A stretch of DNA of 64,000 nt from Meyerozyma guilliermondii (lineage: Eukaryota): NCBI GenBank assembly GCA_051546255.1, contig CP128818.1, positions 434,001-498,000 of the forward strand, written 5' to 3'. A program made the position numbers and the translations under genes. The notes under the pieces were generated by a model. That model did no database searches. It saw only the letters and a program-made list of their open reading frames with translations, and had not been told where the DNA came from. Shown piece by piece: positions 31,501 through 38,944 of this stretch (positions are counted from its first letter, which is position 1; each line of letters opens with the position of its first letter).

Positions 31501-33841
31501 ATTTGAGTGACTCGAGAATCAAAAAGTTGAGATGTGGTAGAATCACACTTTCATTGGCAGTGGGGAACAAGTTGACCGACATAAAGCATAGTTTGAACAA
31601 ACGAATTAATATGTTTGATTTGATCAACTCGACTTTCCCAAGCTGTTCCAATTTCAGTCTCAAAAATGAAATTAAGATTCCCGAGAAATTGGCAGAGGTT
31701 ACCTCGCTTGCGAGGAAGAACTGTGGTAGGTGAAGTAAGGCGGCATTTTCCAACATTGACTCGAACATAAAAGGAAGTTCACTGCTGACAATTTCGTTGA
31801 AAGAAGCTGGATCAACGTGGATGAAGATGGTAGCGAAAATCTCCATCAAGTCTTTCTCCTCTTTAGAAGATGTGATTGGGAGATTGGGACCACCAGTTGA
31901 AAAGTCAAACGATTTATTCTGCGATGCATTGAGCTTTGGCTTGGAGACAGAAAAGAACTTGAGACAGCTGATTCCTCCACGGAACAAGCCTCTGAAGATT
32001 ATTATCTCTTCGTACGAGGTGAGTCTCGCTGAGTCGTTCCACTTATCATAGTTGATAGTTTGGCCCCCAATTTTGGGGTCTGATTGTGTCGGTTGAGGTG
32101 GAACTGGTGGGTTACAGTTCTTTAAGCCAAAGATAACTGATTTAAGGAAGGTCATTAATGTTCGGAAAAGGTATCTTGCATCCTTTAGTAAGTCTGTGTT
32201 TGAAGTAGATGTGGTTGAAGTCATCGCAATAGGTGAAAGCTCCTCTAACGTGAATATGTCTATCTGTCTTTCCTCTGGTGTGATGTTGGTTGAATCCATG
32301 TCTATGTCTCCATCAGAATCTTCCGCTATTGAACGAGGTTTTGAGGTTTCTGCAGCTTCCGGAGTTCTGTCCAAAACGTCTGATGTTTTCGAGGTGTATC
32401 TATCGATAGCCTTCTTCGACTCGATTTCCTTCAAACTCTTCTTTTTCTCAAACTCCTTGTGTTTTGCCAAAATGAAGTTATGCTTCCTGTTCAAGCTTTC
32501 AAACCTTTTGGCGTAAGAGTCGATGATTATCATGAATAGCTGTCTGCCTTCAAGTTTATTGGGCAATTTCATGATACGCTCTACCAAGTTCAAAAGTAAT
32601 TTGGCACTCATGATTTGAACCGTCAAAGCAAGCGAGTCGTCTTTGAGAAGATCGCAGTAAATCTTGACAGTAGACCATATCTGTTTTGGCGTGAGTTCAT
32701 TGCGTACGTTGTGAATGAAATCAGCAACTGTAGAATACGCTAAAGGTCTAAGAGTCTCGTGGGAAGTCAAGCCGCTACCTACCAAAACCTGTTCGTTGAA
32801 AAGAAGCTCGATCTTTGGAATGAAGTGGGATCTGAAAGGGGTGGAAAGTATGTGCCGGGTTGCGTGTAAAAGCTCTTTTCTGGCCACAGAAAGTTCAGCA
32901 GGGCAGTCTTGTAGTAATCTTAATATGACTTCTGGGACGCTGTTTGCTTGTTCTGGTGCTAAAAATTGATTAGCATACCCTCTGATAAAAACGTATGCTA
33001 AGAAAGAAGCCGCCTTGACCTGTCCCAAAATGAAGTCACTGTAGAGCTGTCTGTTGGTTATGTTAGGACTGACGGATGTCACCACGGTATTCTGGTCTGC
33101 TGCTTCTTCATGGAACTGCTTCTGTTGCTCAACCTGGAGTGCCAAAATGCTAATCGTTTTAGGAAGAAATTCGGGAAGCGAAGTCTGTACTAAACTCTTG
33201 TACGAAGAGTAAAGAGAAACCATGGTTATGGGACACTCTGCCAAAGTTTTGAATGAGTACATGGCATTAGCAAGTTCCTTGGGTGGAGCAGTTTCGTCGT
33301 TGAAAGAAGGAGGCGACATTTCCTTTGCCTGGTCGTTCTCTGATGCTTCTTCAGAGTTGTTGGCAGCAAATCTGGTGGAAACCGTCTCGGGCATGTTATC
33401 GTAAATGGTATTGATGACGGTGATGAAGCCCTCAACTTTGCCTGAAAGTGTCGCCTTGAATGCTTTGTGAAGACTGGTGATAATCTTCATACATACTACA
33501 CCGTTTTCTTCGTTTTCTTCAACAACAATCTTTGTCAATGTTTCGAGAATTTGTTCCGCATACGGTTGAAACGTATCGTTCATGATTGAGCGATGGATGA
33601 TTTCCAATATGGTGTTTCTCACCTTGTGCTCTGGCGACTGGCTCACAAAAGTGATGGGAACTTGATCCAATTTCTCCATAAAAATCGGTACCAAATTGGA
33701 CAAAAAGTATTCGTACTCCGCAGCACCATTGAACGTCTCAATCATGTCTAGAAGTTCCAGAAGAACTCCTTGGGAATCCTTGAGATCGCTGCTATCTTTG
33801 AGCCTCGACACGAACGTGTCTAGCTGTTCTGTGTATGCCAT
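22520..33841 (-). CDS. TRA1: Tra1/TRRAP PIKK pseudokinase, SAGA/NuA4 subunit (3773 aa)
   Basis: HEAT repeats, ELCLTVPVRLS, FAT domain, PI3K-like VPFRLTPNIQ and FATC-like end DTLWMAYF. Confidence 0.97.
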   Translation of the reverse strand: MAYTEQLDTFVSRLKDSSDLKDSQGVLLELLDMIETFNGAAEYEYFLSNLVPIFMEKLDQVPITFVSQSPEHKVRNTILEIIHRSIMNDTFQPYAEQILETLTKIVVEENEENGVVCMKIITSLHKAFKATLSGKVEGFITVINTIYDNMPETVSTRFAANNSEEASENDQAKEMSPPSFNDETAPPKELANAMYSFKTLAECPITMVSLYSSYKSLVQTSLPEFLPKTISILALQVEQQKQFHEEAADQNTVVTSVSPNITNRQLYSDFILGQVKAASFLAYVFIRGYANQFLAPEQANSVPEVILRLLQDCPAELSVARKELLHATRHILSTPFRSHFIPKIELLFNEQVLVGSGLTSHETLRPLAYSTVADFIHNVRNELTPKQIWSTVKIYCDLLKDDSLALTVQIMSAKLLLNLVERIMKLPNKLEGRQLFMIIIDSYAKRFESLNRKHNFILAKHKEFEKKKSLKEIESKKAIDRYTSKTSDVLDRTPEAAETSKPRSIAEDSDGDIDMDSTNITPEERQIDIFTLEELSPIAMTSTTSTSNTDLLKDARYLFRTLMTFLKSVIFGLKNCNPPVPPQPTQSDPKIGGQTINYDKWNDSARLTSYEEIIIFRGLFRGGISCLKFFSVSKPKLNASQNKSFDFSTGGPNLPITSSKEEKDLMEIFATIFIHVDPASFNEIVSSELPFMFESMLENAALLHLPQFFLASEVTSANFSGILISFLRLKLEQLGKVELIKSNILIRLFKLCFMSVNLFPTANESVILPHLNFLILESLKLASKAEEPIVYSYLVRILFRSISGGRFESLYKEIMPILPVLLDSLNKLIANSRRPHERDIYVELCLTVPVRLSVLVPHLNYLTRPLVYALNGSQELVSQGLRTFELCVDNLTAEYFDPMIEPVINEIMAALWKHLEPIPYHHHHSHTAIRILGKLGGRNHKHFKPCNTLEAQSPLNQDIMAKFDIHGLEKDVPVSITPAVESAIKMLEDPRLKSHYRASAFKYLSSILKLLVDPSLIPSDFVAFVRKSVNELKSEEIEIRELEESDVSDADKLNRQQKLFERLLEILFFSILIPEVKKEAGELIDGLVTHFCFIYLNTSITDKIKKDRPFSVTDNEGKAYISDSAFLSALNYALSFYDKSVREKGIEVVEKLYDTTVIIFGSKEDALYSPIFRAMFYKFTHACYNEYYSSKLGGILGLKTMFEELEIPPEWFFKRQFEMVRSIFFVLRDTPETAPAEVRELARDLVLKVLERCNGSLEKEATLEKPFQTLIGALVYDLASANPEVRATSQEAFKVLSTATGISIATIMGPCKQLLLTPIFGKPLRALPFPMQIGNIDAITFCLNLEDTFLTFNEELNRLLLEALALVDAEDESLANVHRLYEYRTSRQLIELRVVCIKFLSLALTKPDFSLGSLAEARIRILGVFFKALCNKSTEIINAAHLGLKASLKENAKLPKELLQNGLRPMLMNLSDHKKLTVSGLEALARLLELLISYFRVEIGRKLLDHLMAWAQINTLRQIAGEDLENNHTVQIVMSILNIFHLLPAKAYTFMEEIINTLQYLEGHLDRHQSSPFRTPVAKYLDRFADNCLEYYLQNYKNRKLGNMLAYFVGMDTCGNVRKVAKEKLNVIIEDVEAETDNEVKVVKFANLIELVEAIGSKDTEWFEGQKELLMKLSLLPESISSSMKQSPLVSPTHFQVDQAIVKLEQIIANFMRANKDEAEMFFTIVNRFSSLQMRFSPLLADFVFDTVISNTDTEHRVNYLNTCLDFIASEDTHIRAKITLMDKIFNAILIYEAERTGSLAVFFEKKNVHWLEKLCNTIWRSSNDSSNVTLGTVDSYRFELLEMTAVLLKWASEEVSPYKKDIIKFSWSYIKLEDSITKQVAYVTTAYFISSYETPSKLATQVFVALLRTHQTDSRHLVRQALDILAPVVRDRMDESPLKWPRRVISEDGFNVTQVLNVYQFVVHHPDLFFVAREHFISNIITAMGKLTILANPAVENQVLAIDLAELILKWEKKDRERRAKILSGEEEANGSEDETHSFTTAEDYQIPFGQREACVTFLIRYVCISPQRASESELGQKALGILYELVSPDFWPDVSVKLGFFEKFLLSNDLNSANLLGYCLNALEVMGVVLEWKKSDWIVANLPYLHKLLEKCIKSDNHDIQEVLQRVLRLILQAINEEKGPEESEDDNDVVKDFVNLLTTTMAEDLGDMPSVAAGVTLSWTLANYRPSTLDSLLPLIMRTFSKLCKDHITITHQGSQNSSRENANFEYEAKMTTKLLEKILQLSLMRISGLGDQRRIFLSLLAQLIERSLDKETLEKIIKIVKGWVFSKTDLFPTTKEKAAILAKMMVFEIRGEPTLSKEFYQIIVDIFEDDTFSCTDLTVRMEQPFLVGTRSADVSIRRKLMSILNNSLEKDVSKRLYYIIREQNWEYLADYNWLNQALQLLYGSFDHEKQLVLGEGENKLQPVTSFPYVSDDSEMDVEHESDELSQLCSKHNEFLTKLAIVPAKDLLEPLVDMFYQSSDIVHKVWSSIFPIAFKSIPRSENLDFTRFLVILLSKDYHTRQVDSRPNVIQSLLEGISRCEELQLPPFAIECLASNFDAWAQGIHILERMEEQTVNGNPEVHEITQDALAKLYAALKEDDTFYGLWRRRAKYSETLAALSYEQIGLWDKAQQLYEAAQIKARSGVLPYGESEYTLWEDHWILCAEKLQHWDILTELAKHEGFSDLLLECGWRVADWNTDRETLEQTVKSVMDVPTPRRQMFETFLCLQSYRGEKDVLDELSKLCDEGIQLALRKWHGLPRKFANAHIPLLHTFQQYVEFMEASQVYASLVSTNAQNLDIKSQELKRVLQVWRERLPNIWDDINIWNDLVTWRQHAFQVINKVYMPFIPVLQQTNSGGNANSYAYRGFHEIAWVINRFAHVARKHGMADVCNNQLSKIYQLPNIEIQEAFLKLKEQVKCHYQNPGELNTGLDVISNTNLVYFATQQKAEFFTLKGMFLNKMNQKDEANKAFATSVQIDLNLPKAWAEWGMFNDKRFKENSHDMVYANNAISCYLQAAGLYKNGKTRKLLARILWLISLDDASGTLSQAFDTFRGEVPVWYWLTFIPQLLTSLSHKEARLVKQILIRIAKSYPQALHFQLRTTKEDFAAKLRQFNDLLKNLGRLSSSPQTKSSIAEEKLKEEEKEGEKEEADAKREESEEKSEDDKKSSENNDTNGVKGEKDKSDSDSTSSVRQAWEHVEEIMGILKTAYPLLTLSLESLVDQINQRFKCTADEDAYRLGVALLNDGVQYLNRLGNPREDAKLPPVTEANITRFAETVLPKQIRAEFEKDLVVGKPNLETYIIKLRKWRDRLEDKLDRRFSEINLENLCPHLSEFHHQKFEEIEVPGQYLLNKDNNTHFVKIERFLPTIDLARGTNACYKRLKIRGHDGSLHAFAVQFPAARHCRREESIFQLFRIFSDTLSRKVETRRRNIEFTVPVAVPLSPHIRIISDDVKDITMQKVYEDFCRRNGKSRDEPFIYTIDKLRAAYDPRLPKPDLMSIRVEILSAIQTLLVPSTVLKNYFMELYPQFEDFWLFRKQFTSQYASFIFSTYMMCVNTRQPQKIHVNKGSGNVWTSDMLPCKIASKNASLDGSQGGRPAPLFYNAEMVPFRLTPNIQKLIGETGMEGILSVYLLAIARALTEPESDLEQYLTLFVRDEVISWCNQQDPPRSLPQDSQLREIVRMNVDLVIKRVLTMGHPSNNQAVTTQNILDLISQAVNPRNLAAADTLWMAYF

Positions 33842-34030
33842 GGCAGGTGCACAACACTTGTTCGCTACTTTGTGGGAATCGCGATTTGTATTGAAAAGTT
33901 TTGGCGCGTGACTTTCGTGTGAGTATCGCGTGGGATGGTTGGGTGCGGAAGAGAGAGCAGTGAAGTGAACTGAATAATAAATTTATGTAAAAATATAAAA
34001 ATACGAAGTGAGGTTCAGAAGATTTGAGTT

Positions 34031-34075
34031 CATATTACTGTCATATTACTGTCATATTATTGTCATACTTGTATC
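34031..34075. repeat. 11-bp tandem repeat (CATATTACTGT), ~4 degenerate units
   Basis: catattactgtcatattactgtcatattattgtcatacttgtatc. Confidence 0.85.
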
Positions 34076-34131
34076 TTGGGCGTCTTTCCACAATCAATTT
34101 GCAGCCAATTCGCGGCACTTTGCAACAATTC

Positions 34132-35067
34132 TCACTTTTTTTCACCAGTAGCTACACTCTTCAGAAGTTCGTTCCACAACTTTTGTTCCCTTTTTTCATT
34201 GTAGGATTCGTCTGAGGACCTAGTGATGTCTCCCTGATCAACATAAGCCACGTTGTTGACTTTGGAGTACAAATTTTCATCAAAGGCATTTTTGGCGAGA
34301 TTGGCTCCAGCCTTCGAAACGGTAGTTGCCCAACCCATTAATCTACACAACCCACCAGTCAGCTTGATAACGATTTTTGTCTTAGTGTCCATGTTGCTGT
34401 ACAATCCACTGGAAGCAACATATCCTGGGTGGTAGACGACAAATTTGACTTCCTGGTTCTCGCGAGCAAACTGGTGAACAAGATAAATCACAGCCAATTT
34501 GCTGATGGCATTGGCCCTTTTCCCAGCTTCTGGAGCCTCTGGATCGGGGTCCGCTTTGGTTTTATTTGGAAGCATAAGTTCACGAACATCATTTTCATTC
34601 CAATACATTGGAGGGACCCATCCATGGGCATGTTCGTCATCAGCAAAGTGAACAAAACTGCCAGTAACAAACACTCTTGGTGCCTGAACCTTTCGCAAAT
34701 ACGGCAACATGGTCAGAATGATAAGAAAAGGGGCAATCACATTGACTTGAAATGTAACTTCATAACCTTCATGAGTCTTGATAGCACGACTCTTGTACTG
34801 AGCTCCGGCGTTGTTTAAAACATACTTGAGTGGAGGAACGTTTCCATTTTCGAGCAATGTCTTTACCTCGACCAAAGCGTTCCTGATGCTTTCAATTGAC
34901 TCGAGATCTACCTTGATAGCTGTAGTATTCTTTAATGTGGAAAATTTATGAGGGTTTCTGCACAACATAATATGATAAAGTTCGGGGTGTGAAGACTCAA
35001 TTCTCGGTCTGGCAGCTCCCCCGATACCACTGGACAATCCTGTACTCAAATAACTGTACTTTGCCAT
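34132..35067 (-). CDS. Short-chain dehydrogenase/reductase (retinol-DH/POR-like) with an atypical active site
   Basis: TGLSSGIG, VDL, NNAG, TFQVN and HPG motifs. The YxxxK position reads NAISK. ATG at 35067 with TATAAAA at 35103-35109 (minus strand). Confidence 0.85.
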   Translation of the reverse strand: MAKYSYLSTGLSSGIGGAARPRIESSHPELYHIMLCRNPHKFSTLKNTTAIKVDLESIESIRNALVEVKTLLENGNVPPLKYVLNNAGAQYKSRAIKTHEGYEVTFQVNVIAPFLIILTMLPYLRKVQAPRVFVTGSFVHFADDEHAHGWVPPMYWNENDVRELMLPNKTKADPDPEAPEAGKRANAISKLAVIYLVHQFARENQEVKFVVYHPGYVASSGLYSNMDTKTKIVIKLTGGLCRLMGWATTVSKAGANLAKNAFDENLYSKVNNVAYVDQGDITRSSDESYNEKREQKLWNELLKSVATGEKK

Positions 35068-35149
35068 GTTTTGGTAGCCCAAAAACCATTTTTGAAGTGG
35101 TCTTTTATAGAGTTGCAACCATTTTTATCTGCCGCGACATGCGTCAAAA

Positions 35150-35156
35150 TTACTAA
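35150..35156. promoter_or_regulatory. Yap1/Cap1-type response element TTACTAA upstream of the SDR
   Basis: Exact TTACTAA ~83 nt upstream of the ATG and upstream of the TATA box. Short AT-rich motif, so chance occurrence is possible. Confidence 0.4.
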
Positions 35157-35553
35157 TTAGCTTGCGGCTGAATAAAACTGATTAATGTTTTTTGAAAATT
35201 GTGATAAGAAAACGATGGAATATGTTGATGGGACGAGTAATTGAGCGAGGTGGTGTCCCTTTTTAGAGAATTGTTCATTAAATTTACAAGTTTTGAGAAA
35301 TCGCCGATTCAATTATGCTGCAAGTTACGTTCGTAATCGGACAAACTCAGCCATCTCCGAGCATCATGAATAACTCCGCTCGGTGTTTGGAACCGGAGAA
35401 GAACCTTGAACAAAAAAAAATGCAGAATTGGAAACAAGCTATGTAGTACAATTGAGAAATATACTCTTTAGCTAAATTCTCCTTATCTACACATAGTACG
35501 CCTTTTGCGGAATTTGCTGGTTTTGCATTATCTCTTGTTTTCGCAATTTGTCG

Positions 35554-36219
35554 CTATTTTTTTCGGCTGCGAAACATCTCAAATCCACAGCAGCCTGCCG
35601 CCACAACCATCATCGCAAAAGCCGTCCATGTCATTCCTTGCGAACGCGTTCCTATGGTCATCTCTAAAGCATTCATAGATAATGTACCCGCAAGCGCAAC
35701 CGCTGTACCCACCAGTTTATCCTGTAACATTGCCCCAAGCCCCCAAAATATTACATTGAAAATAGTTAGTGCCATGCACACTTTTTTCGCAGCCAGTTTC
35801 GCGGGAAGAATAGGGACAAGACTGTAAGCGTGCACCGCTAGCGCTGATAAAGTGAGACATATCGTCACGATCAAGATGTACGGCAGACAAGTAGACGAAA
35901 ATTTTTGGGCAATTTGCAAAATATCAATGTCGTTATCAAAAGAATCAACATCGACAATTGACGACAACTTTCCATAAGACGAACAAGTTATACTGTCGTC
36001 TTTCTGGTAACAGGCATTGAGGTACCCCAATAAGAGCTTGGGCGAATTTTTGGTGTCGCTAGCGTCCAGCGACAGATTGTAGCGAACGCTCGCTAGATTG
36101 ACGTTGGAATAAGTCGCGGCCGCCTCCACACACCCAAGAAGCAAGAAGCTAAGTAGCATAACGGTGACGAAGAAGAATGCAAGTGCTAGAAAGCGAGGAA
36201 TAATTAGGAATTTGAGCAT
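35554..36219 (-). CDS. FIG1: Fig1 claudin-like pheromone-induced membrane protein (221 aa)
   Basis: Four hydrophobic segments, LLLGC, GYLNAC...C loop, PYIL, WGLGAM and MTWTAF. Near CST26 as in S. cerevisiae; PRE sites upstream. Confidence 0.8.
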   Translation of the reverse strand: MLKFLIIPRFLALAFFFVTVMLLSFLLLGCVEAAATYSNVNLASVRYNLSLDASDTKNSPKLLLGYLNACYQKDDSITCSSYGKLSSIVDVDSFDNDIDILQIAQKFSSTCLPYILIVTICLTLSALAVHAYSLVPILPAKLAAKKVCMALTIFNVIFWGLGAMLQDKLVGTAVALAGTLSMNALEMTIGTRSQGMTWTAFAMMVVAAGCCGFEMFRSRKK

Positions 36220-36252
36220 GACAAGTCTACGAAAGTACCCACTTTTCTTCGA

Positions 36253-36307
36253 TTTATACAAAATAGTCGTTTCTAACCTACAACTAGCTTGTTTCAGAAC
36301 GGTTTCA
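36253..36307 (-). promoter_or_regulatory. FIG1 promoter: TATA box plus two Ste12/Cph1 pheromone response elements
   Basis: Minus strand TGAAACC (36307-36301), TGAAACA (36296-36290) and TATAAA (36258-36253). Confidence 0.7.
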
Positions 36308-36353
36308 TATCTTCGTATGTATCTAAAACTAATCATATGCATATAGCAGCCGG

Positions 36354-37634
36354 CTAGAACAACCACCGTAACAATGTTGCAACCGCCCAAAGTGCCACTA
36401 GACTTAGGAAGATCACCGACACCAAAGGTAAGTAGATTGGGAAAATTTCCCAAAGGCTGCGAATTTTGAAATCTGCCACCACCGTGGTGCTGCGGGCCTT
36501 CTCTATAGTATTTGTTGACGAGCTCATAGGATCGACAAAGCTGCCGTATTGATAAAAATTGGCCATCAATGTATCTTTCTCGTACCAGATTTTGAAGAGC
36601 CATTCTTCAAACTTCGCAAAATCGGCCGGTGAAACATCATCGATATCTACCGTCTCGGCGCCAAGAGGTATATCCTTAATCTTCCAAGCTTTGATGTAGT
36701 ATGAAACCTTCTTCGGACCGTTTCCACGGAGGTATATCTGCTTGAGTGTAAACTCATCCTCACCATATTGATCGGGCCGCAAACCATCGTAACCACAAGT
36801 AACATCATACACCACTTCTACGGTATCGCGGAGTTTTCTCAATGCCAAAAAAAGACCACGGATTCGAGGAAGAAGCACATGTTTAAGTACGGGCAAGCCT
36901 CTCTCCTGACAGAACTTTGCCAGACGCTCGCGGGTATGGGGCAGAATCACAGTTCCTTCAGGATACAAAATGACTTGATACGGCAGCATGTGCGACGACC
37001 GGTGACCTTTGGGCCAATGGAAAACCGACGAAGTTTCGGGAGCATCTCCATCTCTAATATTGGTAGCTGATATATGGGTTTCGCCGCACGAAGGTCCGAG
37101 ACCGCGAGCATTGGCGTCGATTTCAAGTAATTGGTTCGTGAGCTTGACTTTATCTTTTTCCCATTTCCGCGACAAGAACAAAAAGTTGAAATTCTTCATG
37201 CCATATCCCAATAAAGGGAGCTTGGAAAGATCCTTCATGACAATATATATGCTATCGGACAACCTGGACGTGTAGGCTATCCACCATAAGAAAAGCCAAT
37301 CGATATATATTTGATGGTTTCCAATCACTATGGAATTGGGAGTGAGAATCAGGTGCAAATTATTCTTCAGATCCACTTTGAATGCTCCAGCCGGGATCAG
37401 GTCCTGGTCATAGGTGATGGATATCTTACACGGGTTGACTATTTGAGTCAAAAAAGTCATAAACACCACAAATTGGGTTCTTGTTTTGTTGATATAAACC
37501 CACGATTTGGGTCCATGACCATAGATCAGAATAGGAATGTACTGCTGGAGCGTACAAGACACACATCCGAAAAGGAGCAAAGGTAATATGAACGCCAGGC
37601 GCAATATCAGCACCGGCAAAGAAGTCCGTAGCAT
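36354..37634 (-). CDS. CST26: Lysophospholipid acyltransferase, Cst26/Psi1 (YDR018C) family
   Basis: PlsC motifs NHQIYIDW, FLSRKW, YPEGT and HVLLPR; EEWL...KD block. Confidence 0.82.
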   Translation of the reverse strand: MLRTSLPVLILRLAFILPLLLFGCVSCTLQQYIPILIYGHGPKSWVYINKTRTQFVVFMTFLTQIVNPCKISITYDQDLIPAGAFKVDLKNNLHLILTPNSIVIGNHQIYIDWLFLWWIAYTSRLSDSIYIVMKDLSKLPLLGYGMKNFNFLFLSRKWEKDKVKLTNQLLEIDANARGLGPSCGETHISATNIRDGDAPETSSVFHWPKGHRSSHMLPYQVILYPEGTVILPHTRERLAKFCQERGLPVLKHVLLPRIRGLFLALRKLRDTVEVVYDVTCGYDGLRPDQYGEDEFTLKQIYLRGNGPKKVSYYIKAWKIKDIPLGAETVDIDDVSPADFAKFEEWLFKIWYEKDTLMANFYQYGSFVDPMSSSTNTIEKARSTTVVADFKIRSLWEIFPIYLPLVSVIFLSLVALWAVATLLRWLF

Positions 37635-37927
37635 TAGACTTCAACGGCAAATATCGCATGCTTACCGAGAGTGTGGTGTACGGGTGGGGATTCGTTGGGT
37701 CGGCTGCAAAAGCGCTTAGCGCTCAGCAGATGGAGAGAAGTAGTTGAAGAAATGAGAGAAGAGATAGAGTAAAGAAAGATGGTGGTTCTGATTTGAAGCT
37801 TCTTAAAATTGGATTTTACCTTCTTGGGTTTTAGCAAATGAACTTATTCTTACTTCTTGATTCACATTATTGAAGTAAATCGCTATTAATTGACTACATC
37901 AACTTTCTTATAGATTTACCGTCGTAT

Positions 37928-38944
37928 TTATGAAAGGACCCACGCTGGAGCCTTGGCCCGATATGGCTCCTCGAGATACTTCACTTGTTCCTCGGTGAGT
38001 TTGATTTCAGTTAATTTGACTACAGGCTCAATGGCTTCTTTCAGAGTAACACCTATGATTGGATGGGCTCCCTTTGCAATCAACCAAGCACACGCTACTT
38101 CAACCATGGTGCAACCGATCTTCTTGCTGATTTCTTCAACCCGGTCAATAATCACCTTGTCGTGTTCCATGTCGATAGCCAAGAATGTAGTGGCTACATT
38201 GTTCTTGAGTTTCTCTTTTGTCTTTTCAGAGTCGGAAGGAACCGCAAGTAAACCTCTGGCATTGGGGGACCATGGAATCAAACCAACACCGGTTTTTTGA
38301 CAGTATTCATTGAGCTCACGTTCATCTTCACGGTAGATCAAATTGTACATGCTCTGCATCGATACAAACTTGTGCCATCCATATTTTTCAGCCGTGTGTT
38401 GCAACTGAATAAACTGGTACAATTTCATGGACGAAGCACCCAAATACCTGACTTGACCACTTTCAACTACATCGTTCAAAGCACGCATGATCTCTTCATC
38501 TGGAACCTCGGGGTCGTATCTGTGAATCTGGAGCAAATCAATATGGGTACCCAATCTTTCAACTGAACCTTTCACGGCGTCCAAAATGTGCTTTCTGGAT
38601 AATCCTTTGTTGTTGAGGTTCAAGCTGGTTTCGCCGTCAAAGTGTGATAAACTAAAGTAGCATTTGGTCATGATAACCACATCTTCTCTGGGAATATTGT
38701 GTTGCTTCAAAAACTTACCAATGACCCTTTCACTGTTTCCGGCCGAGTATACATCAGCAGTATCAAAAGTACGCAACCCAGCATCATAGCACTGCTTCAA
38801 AATGGCAATTGACTCGGCTTCATCCGAAACTCCGTTATAAGCTTCAAAGCCTACTTTTCCAAGAAGCATTGTACCAACCACAGCATGATTGATACGAAGC
38901 CCAGAAGCCCCAAGACGAGAGATTGAATCGTTAGTAACTGGCAT
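37928..38944 (-). CDS. Aldo-keto reductase, aryl-alcohol dehydrogenase-like (YPL088W / CSH1-IFD family)
   Basis: FDTADVY, TK, GLSRKHI, DLLQIHR, VRYLGASSM and PWSP; catalytic D/Y/K/H are present. Confidence 0.9.
   Translation of the reverse strand: MPVTNDSISRLGASGLRINHAVVGTMLLGKVGFEAYNGVSDEAESIAILKQCYDAGLRTFDTADVYSAGNSERVIGKFLKQHNIPREDVVIMTKCYFSLSHFDGETSLNLNNKGLSRKHILDAVKGSVERLGTHIDLLQIHRYDPEVPDEEIMRALNDVVESGQVRYLGASSMKLYQFIQLQHTAEKYGWHKFVSMQSMYNLIYREDERELNEYCQKTGVGLIPWSPNARGLLAVPSDSEKTKEKLKNNVATTFLAIDMEHDKVIIDRVEEISKKIGCTMVEVACAWLIAKGAHPIIGVTLKEAIEPVVKLTEIKLTEEQVKYLEEPYRAKAPAWVLS

Noticed and set aside
36220..36603. 128-codon N-terminal extension of the FIG1 ORF overlapping CST26
   Set aside because: It overlaps CST26 in another frame and runs through the PRE/TATA promoter; Fig1 similarity begins at ATG 36219.
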